A stretch of 64,000 nt of DNA from Spirochaetota bacterium. GTDB taxonomy: Bacteria > Spirochaetota > UBA4802 > UBA5550. Of this stretch, positions 54,958-64,000 are shown in pieces. Both the position numbers and the translations under genes were made by a program. The notes below the pieces were generated by a model. The model worked only from the letters and a program-made list of their open reading frames with translations, ran no database searches and was not told where the DNA came from. Each line of letters begins with the position of its first letter. The first letter of the stretch is position 1. The stretch lies in assembly GCA_035403545.1 (NCBI GenBank), contig DAONFJ010000002.1, positions 14,867-78,866 on the forward strand. Reading direction: 5' to 3'.

Positions 54958-55011
54958 AACTGAAATACGGGTCTGTCTGCTTCAGATAAGAAGGAATAGT
55001 TAAACAAATAT

Positions 55012-55067
55012 TTTTTGTCATTCCGGTATTTGCAGGAATTGAAGGCGCAAAACCGGAATGACAAAAA
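55012..55067. terminator. 16-bp perfect inverted repeat between convergent genes (bidirectional terminator candidate)
   Basis: TTTTTGTCATTCCGGT (55012-55027) / ACCGGAATGACAAAAA (55052-55067) with a 24-nt loop. The arms carry their own T/A runs. Confidence 0.55.
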
Positions 55068-55147
55068 TAGAATAATCTGAATTTCATGACAGCCTTTTAT
55101 TCTTTATATAATTTGAAAATATAGAATCCGAAGAAGCTAAACCTGAT

Positions 55148-56443
55148 TCAGTGAAGAATACACTGGTCCATGAGCTGGGGTATCTCAAACGTAAATTCAG
55201 CCCATTCTCCATGCTTTGAATCAGCCCATATGCGGCCGCCATGGAGGAGAATTATTTTCCACGTGACGTAAAGCCCCACACCATGCCCTTTTCTTTCAGA
55301 AAGTTCAGGCGTCTGCAGTATAGAAAACCTTTTGAAGAGCCGTATTTTTTCACTCTCGGGGAATCCGGGGCCTTCATTCCATACAGATACCTTAATTCTC
55401 CCGGCATCTGCATTTATATTAAGTTTAATCACCGCTCCCCGGTTACTGTATTTTACGGCATTGCTCAGAAAATTTGTAAGAACAATTTTCAGCAGTTCGG
55501 GATCGCATTTTATTACGGGAAGATCCGGAGATACATTCTGCTCAAATTTAATCTGTTTTTCCTGAAACATCATATTTATAATTTCAAGAGAATGAGCAAC
55601 GACATCTCTGAAAAAATCAACTTCTCTGGGCCTGACCTGAAACTCTCCGGTTTCAATAGACGCCAGGCTCAGATATTCCGCAGTAAGGTTGAGCAGGTAT
55701 TCAGCTTTTCTGATTATCCTGTCTGCCGCCTGTTTCTGTTTACCGGCAATCTCTCCATAATATCCACCGGCCAGGGTCTTCGCGGTCATAACTATTGATG
55801 CGAGCGGATTTTTAAGTTCATGGCTGACGAAACTGAGCATCTCCATATATGAAGACATGGCAGTGGAAAGTTCTGCTATGCGGTAGGCTTTTTCAACCGC
55901 CTGGCCCAGTCTGTGGGCATAAGCCATCTGCAGGCTTATCTGGTGAATGCCGTACGCGTCCGGTTTGCGTGACCGGCACATGAACATTCCTATATACCGG
56001 TCTTCAGATTTCAAAGGGCATACCATGGATGACTTGATTCCTTCTTTCAGAAGCATGCGTGCAGATTCACTCATGGGGTTACTACGGGCATGAAGCTCCA
56101 TGTCATTGATTACGCTGGGCATGCCGGATAGAAAAACCTTTTGAATTGAACCGCCTATTATATCCGACGCGAATCCTTTTTTAAGATATACAGGTTCATA
56201 GTCCGACTTAACAAACTGAATTTCCATTCGCAGGTTATCTTCTTCAATGAAGGCAACATCGATCCTGTCACATGGTATTATTTTTTTTATCTCTCCAAAT
56301 ATGAAGTCGAGTATTTCATCCAGTGATTTGCTGCCTGCCACATCAAGGTTGATGTGATTCAGTATCGATCTTTCTTCATCTGTGAAAGAGGGCTCCGGTA
56401 TCAGATCTGTTTCGTTAAAAAAAAGCAGAGACTCTTTTTTCAT
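55148..56443 (-). CDS. Cytoplasmic GAF-domain sensor histidine kinase
   Basis: H-box FVSHELKNPL, N-box LSNAVKY, G-boxes NEGPGF / GHGVGL. No TM segments and no adjacent response regulator. Confidence 0.88.
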   Translation of the reverse strand: MKKESLLFFNETDLIPEPSFTDEERSILNHINLDVAGSKSLDEILDFIFGEIKKIIPCDRIDVAFIEEDNLRMEIQFVKSDYEPVYLKKGFASDIIGGSIQKVFLSGMPSVINDMELHARSNPMSESARMLLKEGIKSSMVCPLKSEDRYIGMFMCRSRKPDAYGIHQISLQMAYAHRLGQAVEKAYRIAELSTAMSSYMEMLSFVSHELKNPLASIVMTAKTLAGGYYGEIAGKQKQAADRIIRKAEYLLNLTAEYLSLASIETGEFQVRPREVDFFRDVVAHSLEIINMMFQEKQIKFEQNVSPDLPVIKCDPELLKIVLTNFLSNAVKYSNRGAVIKLNINADAGRIKVSVWNEGPGFPESEKIRLFKRFSILQTPELSERKGHGVGLYVTWKIILLHGGRIWADSKHGEWAEFTFEIPQLMDQCILH

Positions 56444-56648
56444 AATTTCCCCATTAGTTTTGCTGAAAAACTATTAACTTTATCAGTATATTAATCCGTA
56501 AAGATTACCGTAATAATGACTTAAGTTAATTTCTAATAACTATATAGTAGCATAATAATAACAGATAGTCAATTATGCTGTTGACATGTTTAATATCTGC
56601 TGATGTCATATATGAACTGCAACCTGCTGATTATGAGAGGGGAATGAT

Positions 56649-57125
56649 ATGACCGCAAAAGCTTTCCAGGATTATTATCCTGATGATTATGCTCATTGCT
56701 ACGGCTGCGGGCGCCTGAACGAAAAGGGAATGCATATTAAGAGCTACTGGGATGGGGATGAAAGTTTTTGCCGGTTTACTCCCGCACTTTACCAGTCAGG
56801 AGGATTTCCCGGTAACATCTATGGCGGATTGATTGCATCACTTATTGACTGCCATTGTGCCGGAACAGCTGCAGCGGCAAGACTCAGGGAAGATGGTTTT
56901 ATGCCGGGTGAAAGGCCGCTGTCACGGTTTGTAACAGCATCCCTTAAAGTCGATTATATTAAGCCGACACCTGCAGGTATAGAACTCGAGATACGGGCCA
57001 GAGTGATGGAGATCAAAAACCGCAAGGTTGTATTAAGTGCAACTGTAATTGCCGATGGTATTGTAACAGCAAAAGGGGAAGCTGTTATGGTGCAGCTTCC
57101 CGAAAATTTGGAAAAAAGGATATGA
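56649..57125 (+). CDS. PaaI-family hotdog thioesterase with an N-terminal CxxC knuckle
   Basis: HCYGCG followed by GNIYGGLIASLIDCHCAG (hotdog core). Confidence 0.75.
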   Translation: MTAKAFQDYYPDDYAHCYGCGRLNEKGMHIKSYWDGDESFCRFTPALYQSGGFPGNIYGGLIASLIDCHCAGTAAAARLREDGFMPGERPLSRFVTASLKVDYIKPTPAGIELEIRARVMEIKNRKVVLSATVIADGIVTAKGEAVMVQLPENLEKRI

Positions 57126-57149
57126 ATCTCTCCTTCATTATCTGAAAGT

Positions 57150-59216
57150 TTATACAGCCATTAGTTTACTTTCAAGGCTCTTCATTCTGTCCATATCTTC
57201 AATCAGGGCAAGGAGGCTTTTAAAAAGTTCGAGTATTTTAGCAGAGTCATTTTGTATGGTGATTGAGTTTTCCAGGAGGCTTTGAATTCCCTGATCAATT
57301 GATGAACTGTTTTTAACAACCTGCTGCATCCCGTTATTAAGTGAAGCAATCGCCTTGCTTATATTTTTAATCTCTCCGGTTATTCCTGTTATAACATTAT
57401 TGCTCTCCCTGAGCTGAGCCTGGGTGCTGTCGGCAAGTTTTTTTACTTCATCGGCAACAACCGCAAATCCTCTTCCCTGATCTCCCGCTCTTGCTGCTTC
57501 AATTGCGGCGTTCAGCGCCAGCATATTGGTCTGATCAGACAGCTCCGATATTACATCGAGGATGGATTTTACCTCCCCGGCTGATGTTTCCATACCTTTA
57601 GCACCTTCGGCAAGGGATGAGTATGATTTCGAAGCGCCGGATACTCCTTCCAGGAAAACCATGAACTGCTGGTTGACAGTTGTGAGATCTCTATGGACCC
57701 TGTCTGAAAATTCTCTTATGTTTCCGAAATTATCAACGTTTTCCTTAACCATAGCTATCCTTGTGTCTACAGTATCAAACATGTTTTTTCTTATTGAGTT
57801 GATCTGCTCCAGCTGATTAATTTTCCTGCTGTTAAAGTAATCCTTAAAGCATGAATACTGGTGAACAAATGTATCGACATAATAGTCCCGGAATTTTCCC
57901 TCTTCCAGTTCCCGGAAGAAAAAAATTGCCGTTAATGTCTGATTTATATTAACACCTAACAGTTCCCCAAAGGTTGAAAAACCCGCGGCCGGGATACCTC
58001 CGAAATGAGTAATCCTGCTTAAATTTTTTTCATTATTAAGCCTGCGGAGAATACAGTCATTAAGCACAGCGCCGACCGGTTCCGCGTAACCTTTCTTGTC
58101 TGCCATAAATTTATCAAAATCTTTCCGTGTTGTCTCAACGAAATCTGTTTTTCTGATAAGGTAAAGTTCATCACCTTTAGAAACGTCACAATAAAAATTT
58201 ATCTGTTTTTCAGCCGTATCGATACCGGATACAGACCTTACGTAGAGCTCATCATCAATTTCTATACCGAAAGAATAGTCGTTGAGTTTTCCTTCGAGGT
58301 TTTCAGGCCTGCATCCGAAATGTGTACATAGCTCATCAAGAAAATTAGTTACAGTCTGCGTCGCAGGATTATATACTGTTTTTACATATCTCTTCGCGGT
58401 GTCTGAATCCAGGATCATGAATTTAGTCCCGGTCTTTTCGAAATTCTGCGATTTGAGTATACCGAATTTAATTCCTTTCCTAAGCTTGATAAATGAAATT
58501 ACTGCATGGTTTTCATAAATTTTTCCGTCGCTGTAAATAAATGTATTTTTAAAATCAAGCTTCCCTCCCGCTGATCCGCCTGCAAAGAGGCACGGGAAAA
58601 CGCCCGAGTTATATACAGCTTCCATAAAAAAACTTTCACTGTTTGAAAGTCCGTCAATCAGGGTAAACGCTATTGTATCTTCATAATGGATTCTGAATGG
58701 AAGCTCGATTTTTTTCAGTTCACTTCCTATAAGATCAATTCTGTCCTGAATTGTCCTTATAATCCTGCCTGACCTTATATCCTCTGAGAAAAGCGGAATT
58801 ACTTTAACGGCGGCATCCTCTATCATATCTTTGCTGAAGCTCTGCAGAACAATCCCGTCCCATTTATCACCGGTGTCATGGTATGCAGATACCCCGGTTT
58901 GGCTGTCGCATGACAGTTCACCGGCGGTTGTACAGAGAACAATGTTTTTTACACCCGGAAGAGAATTTTTTATTTGTGAAGATACTGAACGGAAATCAAG
59001 GTGCGGGGAGATAAAACCTGTCACAAATTCAGGCGGCACATCCCGGGTATATAAAACTTTCATACTTTGCGGATTAATTCCGGATGAACTGAATTTATAA
59101 TTTTTTATTACCGGGTCTTTTATTTCTATTTCGGGGTTTGCAGTTTCTGCTATTTCTTTTATTACGATTTTATCAGTAGAATTTTTTTTTGACAGCAAGT
59201 TTTTCATAGAAATCAT
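57150..59216 (-). CDS. Soluble methyl-accepting chemotaxis protein with an N-terminal FIST-type sensor
   Basis: Signalling hairpin [42 protein letters not shown]-like blocks LFAGGSAGG and [12 protein letters not shown]. No TM segments. Confidence 0.8.
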   Translation of the reverse strand: MISMKNLLSKKNSTDKIVIKEIAETANPEIEIKDPVIKNYKFSSSGINPQSMKVLYTRDVPPEFVTGFISPHLDFRSVSSQIKNSLPGVKNIVLCTTAGELSCDSQTGVSAYHDTGDKWDGIVLQSFSKDMIEDAAVKVIPLFSEDIRSGRIIRTIQDRIDLIGSELKKIELPFRIHYEDTIAFTLIDGLSNSESFFMEAVYNSGVFPCLFAGGSAGGKLDFKNTFIYSDGKIYENHAVISFIKLRKGIKFGILKSQNFEKTGTKFMILDSDTAKRYVKTVYNPATQTVTNFLDELCTHFGCRPENLEGKLNDYSFGIEIDDELYVRSVSGIDTAEKQINFYCDVSKGDELYLIRKTDFVETTRKDFDKFMADKKGYAEPVGAVLNDCILRRLNNEKNLSRITHFGGIPAAGFSTFGELLGVNINQTLTAIFFFRELEEGKFRDYYVDTFVHQYSCFKDYFNSRKINQLEQINSIRKNMFDTVDTRIAMVKENVDNFGNIREFSDRVHRDLTTVNQQFMVFLEGVSGASKSYSSLAEGAKGMETSAGEVKSILDVISELSDQTNMLALNAAIEAARAGDQGRGFAVVADEVKKLADSTQAQLRESNNVITGITGEIKNISKAIASLNNGMQQVVKNSSSIDQGIQSLLENSITIQNDSAKILELFKSLLALIEDMDRMKSLESKLMAV

Positions 59217-59620
59217 AATAACCCTTCTGTATTTTTTTTGCTGAAAAAATATAGATTATCATCTGCATCAGACCGGCCTGGAGCCTGAAATTATTCTATA
59301 AAAGATTCGGGTCAAAATATATAAAATTATATAAATAAATTAATCAAACCAATTACAGCATAATAAACCATAATTTTTCATATATACAATTATTTATTTA
59401 TATTGAATATTCAGTCAATAAAATATTAAAAATTTTTTTAAGAGACTGCGGCGAACATTTTGTCCGCCTTTAGAAGGTTCTTTTTGTGGAGGGCTCAATA
59501 CAGGCAGGCATCTAAAATTAACACTGACCGGAATCCGGCAGGCAGTTAGTTAACAGTTCAACAAGTTTATTAACCACACAACCGAAGTCAGACAGAAATA
59601 TTTATTCAATCATCGGTATT

Positions 59621-60121
59621 TCAGATACCGCACTTATTTTTTCGTTCATTGACTGATTCAAGCCGCACTCTTCTTCTTTCAATAGCTTCACAGTTTCTTC
59701 TTTTCTCATCATCTGTTTCAAGAATTATCTGGTTTATCACTTTCGGCTTATATTGTTCATCAAGCGCAACAAAGGTCAGGTAAGCTGAACCTGTGTGTCT
59801 TACTTCGCCGGTCAGGAAACTTTCAGCTTCAACTCTTACACCGATTTCCATTGATGATTTTCCCACATAATTGACGCTTGCGCTTACACGGAGAAGATCT
59901 CCGACAAATACCGGTGAATGAAAATCGACTTTATCTATAGATGCTGTAACAACATTTCCGCCTGTATGCCTTACACCGACAATACCTGCCGTGTTATCTA
60001 TAAGTTTTAATATCACGCCCCCGTGGACGTTCCCTGCGAGGTTTGCATCCTGCTGGGTCATCTGCTGGACAACTGTTACACTTGTTGCTTTTACTTTTTT
60101 ACTTTCCATATTGTACTCCAT
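59621..60121 (-). CDS. Acyl-CoA thioesterase (hotdog fold, YciA/ACOT-like)
   Basis: QDANLAGNVHGGVILKLIDNTAGI core motif. Confidence 0.8.
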   Translation of the reverse strand: MEYNMESKKVKATSVTVVQQMTQQDANLAGNVHGGVILKLIDNTAGIVGVRHTGGNVVTASIDKVDFHSPVFVGDLLRVSASVNYVGKSSMEIGVRVEAESFLTGEVRHTGSAYLTFVALDEQYKPKVINQIILETDDEKRRNCEAIERRRVRLESVNERKNKCGI

Positions 60122-60441
60122 AAAATATTATTATTTATAATTGTCTCAAAAAAAACTATTTCATCCGCCTGAACACCTGTTGGTTAGGGTTATTATGAGT
60201 TTTTGTTTTAATGATAATAATTATCAGGTCTATTTAAATTTTTTAAGTTACGAAAATTATTTTAGTAATTAACCATATACTAAATATATAATATTTTTTT
60301 AAATTTGTCAAAAAAAAATGTAAATGGGAATTTTTTAGCATGCAGTAATTCGCATCAGATTTATTTTATTTAAAGCAGTAAAAAATTTTTAAACAACTCC
60401 TTCATGTCAGGAGAGGGGAAAGATGAAATCAGCTAAATCCA

Positions 60442-62430
60442 TTACTTCAAATTCAAAAGAATATTCTCTGATTCTCTCGCAGCCATTGTTCCTGTCCCTT
60501 TTCTGAGAATGGCGACTATCCCTGTGGAATCCAAACCTCCCGTAAAAATTCCGTAGCTGTAGTGAGAGTTTGTGCCTGCAATAACAGTTCCGGTTTTACC
60601 CCACAATAACTCTCTGCTGATTTTGTGAGGTGAAGAGATTTCGGGGTGTATGTTCCCGGCATTGATCTCTTTTGCTGTTCCTTCGGTAAATGTTTTATGA
60701 AGCGCGCTGAAAATTATTTCTGATTCTTCTGATGGATGAACTTTATTCTCCATATAAATATATCTGTTTAACTTTATAATTCCTTCAATGGTTACAGTCA
60801 GGTTAAAATTAACTCCCGCGAGAAGATTTGAAAAATCTTTTCTGCTGTTTATTCCCGGGATTGTTAATTCAATTCCCTGTCTAACAGTAAAATCAGTGAT
60901 CCATCTTTTAAAATCCGCAACATCTATTTTATCATATAATGAAGCGAAGTATTTATTGCAGGAATGGCAAAGCGCGCTGCTGATATTCATTTTCCCATGC
61001 CCTGCTTTATTCCAGCAGTGATCCGGTATAAATTTATCCTTCTCTCTGTCAGTGCACGTATAGGAATAATTATGGAACAGATCTTTTCTTTCCTCCGCGA
61101 GATATAGAGCTATGAAGAGTTTAAAAATTGAACCGCAGGGGATAATTCTGTTTCTGAATGAAATCCCGGCGCTGCTTTGAATTGTTTCTCCTGAATCATA
61201 ATCGAAAATGATGTACTGAAGCTGGTGGTTTACACCTGATTGCGGGATGTTGTACTCCAGTCCGGAATAGTAATGTTCAAGTATTTCATAGCGGGAGTAC
61301 CCTTTTCCCGCGAGCTGTATTGCTCCTTCAAAACTCATCCCTGCACCATGTCCAAGCCCTGATCCTGTGAATCTGTAAACTCCGTTACCTCTTGCGACGG
61401 AGTAGTTATTGCTTTTTAAAAAGTTCCATCCCTTCACCCTGTTTACTGTTAAACGGAAACTTTCCGGAGAGAAGTTTTCTTTTCCTGCACCTGTTTCAAG
61501 AAGTACTATTTCCTTGTTTTTATCGAATGTAATGTTTTTTAAAAATATATTTTTGCCGGGGTACAAAATACCGGCAAGTTCATTCTCCTCTATGACTGCT
61601 GACCAGTTAAGATGTTTTTCCCGGCTAAGGGTAAGATTCTCTGAATAAATAATATCTTTTGGTGCTGCAGTAATTCTTCCCTGGCCGTTGAATATAGATT
61701 CAGTGAAGAGTATACCTCCGCCTGATGAATGAAAGAAAAGCCCGCCTTTCAAATTATCAGTTTTAATTGATACTGTGTCATTAAATGTTTTGCCGCTTTT
61801 CCCTCTATACGTCTGGCAGCATGTAAGGTCGCAGAAATGGTATCCTTTATGTTTATTCGTAAGGTATGGAAGTGAGCATCTCGCCTTAATGAGGTGAGCA
61901 AGCGCGTATAAAGCTTCGGAGTCTCTTTCAGAGAGATCGCCAAGTTCACCCCATGCTGAATCTATGGCGAACTGATTTACTGTTTCCTCTACCGACAATT
62001 CAATATCTGTTCCCGTAATTTTTATGAACAGGGGGAGAGGGTAATGGCGTTTTTCTCCATTTAACTCCATGGAGAAATTATCACCCCGGTTCTTCGGGTA
62101 TAGAGTTAAATCCGTTCCTGTTAAAATATCATTATCTGTTTTTATAACGAAAGAATTGTTTTCGTAAAGAATGGTAAGAGCACGACAGGGAATTCTTTTT
62201 CTTCCTGTTAAAATTTCTCCGGTATCAGGCAATGATATCTGAAGATGGCCTATATTGCCCGCTTTAAGAAGGCGGATATGTTTTGAGAGAATGAGTATTT
62301 TGACTTTGCCGCTGCCGTTTTGAGGCATTTTTTCCGCTCTCACTCCAATTATGAGAGCGGAAAAAATTAATATGGTTATTACCAGCCGCGGAACTGTTCC
62401 ACGGTTAATTCTGTTTTTCACTGTAGACAT
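60442..62430 (-). CDS. Fusion of a SpoIID/LytB-type domain and a serine transpeptidase/beta-lactamase-like domain, with an N-terminal signal anchor
   Basis: SpoIID blocks SEALYALAHLIKAR, FCDLTCCQTYRG, GLGHGAGMSFEGAIQLA..ILEHYYSG. C-terminal SxxK (SIFK), SxN (SCN) and KTG (GKTGT) in the canonical order. Confidence 0.75.
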   Translation of the reverse strand: MSTVKNRINRGTVPRLVITILIFSALIIGVRAEKMPQNGSGKVKILILSKHIRLLKAGNIGHLQISLPDTGEILTGRKRIPCRALTILYENNSFVIKTDNDILTGTDLTLYPKNRGDNFSMELNGEKRHYPLPLFIKITGTDIELSVEETVNQFAIDSAWGELGDLSERDSEALYALAHLIKARCSLPYLTNKHKGYHFCDLTCCQTYRGKSGKTFNDTVSIKTDNLKGGLFFHSSGGGILFTESIFNGQGRITAAPKDIIYSENLTLSREKHLNWSAVIEENELAGILYPGKNIFLKNITFDKNKEIVLLETGAGKENFSPESFRLTVNRVKGWNFLKSNNYSVARGNGVYRFTGSGLGHGAGMSFEGAIQLAGKGYSRYEILEHYYSGLEYNIPQSGVNHQLQYIIFDYDSGETIQSSAGISFRNRIIPCGSIFKLFIALYLAEERKDLFHNYSYTCTDREKDKFIPDHCWNKAGHGKMNISSALCHSCNKYFASLYDKIDVADFKRWITDFTVRQGIELTIPGINSRKDFSNLLAGVNFNLTVTIEGIIKLNRYIYMENKVHPSEESEIIFSALHKTFTEGTAKEINAGNIHPEISSPHKISRELLWGKTGTVIAGTNSHYSYGIFTGGLDSTGIVAILRKGTGTMAARESENILLNLK

Positions 62431-64000
62431 CTAATATTGTCGGGAGAGTCCATCCCTGAATTGTCTCTTCATACATACATTCAATTCTTGCAGGCCGCAT
62501 TATAAATGAACCGGGAAGCTCGGCACGTATTACATAAGCAACTTCATACTCTCTTTCTTTTTCTATTCCCGTGAAGAAGAATACCATTCTGTTATCTCTT
62601 CTTTCTACATGGGAGTAGGGCTGAAATTCGTTGTATGCGCTCTCTTTAACCACTTCAAATCCTGCCGGGAGAAAATCCTGCAGTATCATAAAACCAAAAC
62701 TGTCATCGGCGCGGAATTTGACACGTACAAGAAGCTCATCTCCCACATTGATCTTTCCTTTCTCGTCAACCTCCTGTGGCACAAGATACTCCTGCATCTT
62801 CAAATCTTTAACCCTGTTGAGGTAATAAATTTCCCTTCTTGCGGCAACACCGTTAGAGAGAGCTGCAATGCCCCGTTTCTCGGACTTCATGAACGAGAAG
62901 AGCCCTTTCGGCTTAAAGTAAAGGGTACCGCGCAATGTTGCCGACCAGGTTGTATCAGCGGAGTCTGTGCCTGAAACTGTAAGTCTGTAGTTTTCGGCTT
63001 TTATTTTATTATCAAGTTTTATTGTACGTCTCAAATCTTCGGTGCCTGAGTTGAGAGTGTATGATATTTTATCAAGTTTTCCGTTATTCAGTGCAAATTC
63101 AAGGTCACCGGAAGTTTTAAAATCAATGCCTTTAGCGGTAAGATAATCGCATAAGGCAAGAATCACTGTCCCTGACTCTTTGGTTGAGTCCCATGACCCG
63201 GACTTGAACCTTTTTGATATGGACGCAACTGCCTGTGATGTCATTGCTGAACTGTTATCTGATATTAAAAGCGCAGATAGTACATGCGCGGTTATCTCGG
63301 TGTTGCCGCCAGGCCAGTTCCATGCCTGTCCCTTAGTTGCAGGCCAGTATATTCCTGATGGATCCCGTTTTGCCGATTCATTAATTTTTTTCCTGAGTAA
63401 TTTTAACGCGTCATCAATCTCATTTGACTCGTATTCCTGAAGAGTTTCTTTCCCTTTAAATGTATTTACTGCTTTAATTAAGTTTGCAGCCTGGTAAGGA
63501 TTCAGGTCTTTAGAAAAAGCTATCCGCTTGAATGCCGGATGGTTCCATTTCCCGAACATCGAGTAGATGTATGCAAGATACGAAAGTTCATCGTTATCCA
63601 TTTTTTCAGGTGCTTCAAAAATCCGTTGTATCGCTGTGAGGCCCTGGCTGAATGTGTAGTCACTGACCGGATACCCGTAGTTTCTCGCCTGAAACAGCGA
63701 GTACATCGCAAACCCGGTAGTGTATGTGTTGCCTCTGTCACCTTCCCACCAGCCCCAGGTGCCGTCATAGTTCTGTGCTTTTACTATACGCTGAATTCCG
63801 TCGGGGATATTACTCTCCACCTGGTTCCTGAGTTTTTCAGGAATCGCTTTTGAATAACCGCTCCCTTTGAGCAGTTTAAGCATGGCGAGATTCGGGAGGA
63901 ATTTATTTATAGTCTGTTCAAGGCATCCGTAAGGGTACTCGTTCAGGTACTCAACTGACTTAATGATCTGTGTAACAGGTGAAGGATTTACCGAGAGAAA
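62405..64000 (-). CDS. Bacterial alpha-2-macroglobulin (thioester type), C-terminal part; 5' end outside the window
   Basis: The frame is open from the ORF-track Met (63883) to nt 64000 and reads ..VEYLNEYPYGCLEQTINKF.. (CLEQ, nt 63925-63914). It continues with AQNYDGTWGWWEG and the C-terminal MG/receptor-like domain. Confidence 0.85.
   Translation of the reverse strand, partial: FLSVNPSPVTQIIKSVEYLNEYPYGCLEQTINKFLPNLAMLKLLKGSGYSKAIPEKLRNQVESNIPDGIQRIVKAQNYDGTWGWWEGDRGNTYTTGFAMYSLFQARNYGYPVSDYTFSQGLTAIQRIFEAPEKMDNDELSYLAYIYSMFGKWNHPAFKRIAFSKDLNPYQAANLIKAVNTFKGKETLQEYESNEIDDALKLLRKKINESAKRDPSGIYWPATKGQAWNWPGGNTEITAHVLSALLISDNSSAMTSQAVASISKRFKSGSWDSTKESGTVILALCDYLTAKGIDFKTSGDLEFALNNGKLDKISYTLNSGTEDLRRTIKLDNKIKAENYRLTVSGTDSADTTWSATLRGTLYFKPKGLFSFMKSEKRGIAALSNGVAARREIYYLNRVKDLKMQEYLVPQEVDEKGKINVGDELLVRVKFRADDSFGFMILQDFLPAGFEVVKESAYNEFQPYSHVERRDNRMVFFFTGIEKEREYEVAYVIRAELPGSFIMRPARIECMYEETIQGWTLPTILDVYSEKQN

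Noticed and set aside
60423-60506. 27-codon plus-strand ORF (MKSAKSITSNSKEYSLILSQPLFLSLF) preceded by AGGAGAGGGG
   Set aside because: It overlaps the 3' end of the SpoIID-transpeptidase gene on the opposite strand. It is very short with no recognisable character, and the SD-like purine run may be coincidental.
1-64000. Search by eye for CRISPR arrays, tRNA/rRNA genes, IS elements, integrases, phage genes and long direct repeats
   Set aside because: I found none. Intergenic regions are short or AT-rich promoter-like sequence, with no spaced direct repeats and no cloverleaf-like GC-rich 70-90-nt segments. A tRNAscan, Infernal or repeat-finder run would be needed to exclude small RNAs rigorously.

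Overview
This is a 64-kb, densely coding chromosomal segment from an AT-rich bacterium, roughly 40% GC by eye. The gene content suggests a motile anaerobe: a glycyl radical enzyme, a two-subunit Fe-S fumarase, butyryl-CoA-type genes, several MCPs and c-di-GMP proteins. I cannot assign a taxon from the sequence alone. I can support about 55 protein-coding genes on both strands. Both window edges cut genes: a glycyl radical enzyme at the left and a thioester alpha-2-macroglobulin at the right. I found no rRNA, tRNA, CRISPR array, integrase, transposase or long repeat, so this looks like core chromosome rather than a mobile island.

Confident housekeeping calls are pyrB-pyrC, tsaD, an S41 C-terminal protease, alr, radC, chrA, fumarase alpha/beta, and a thiolase/crotonase/acyl-CoA dehydrogenase set.

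The items most worth a second look are:
- A CLEQ-thioester alpha-2-macroglobulin translationally coupled to a SpoIID + serine-transpeptidase fusion, where PBP1c would normally sit.
- A 742-aa ATP-grasp / Cys-cluster / FMN alpha-hydroxy-acid-oxidase fusion.
- A 5'-nucleotidase-fold protein with every metal-ligand motif replaced, fused to an outer-membrane-type C-terminus and coupled to a coiled-coil lipoprotein.
- A GlpX-like protein with substituted catalytic residues heading a tight six-gene operon with a GAF-PP2C phosphatase.
- A HAMP-only protein / TauE permease / 7TM-MCP operon.
- An EamA transporter with a tail carrying 26 His, next to a B12-radical-SAM gene.
- An HTH-fused orphan N6-adenine methyltransferase appended to pyrBC.
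- A PLD-family gene whose only ATG is out of frame with its signal peptide.

All functional calls come from motifs read by eye in the supplied translations. None has been checked by a database search.
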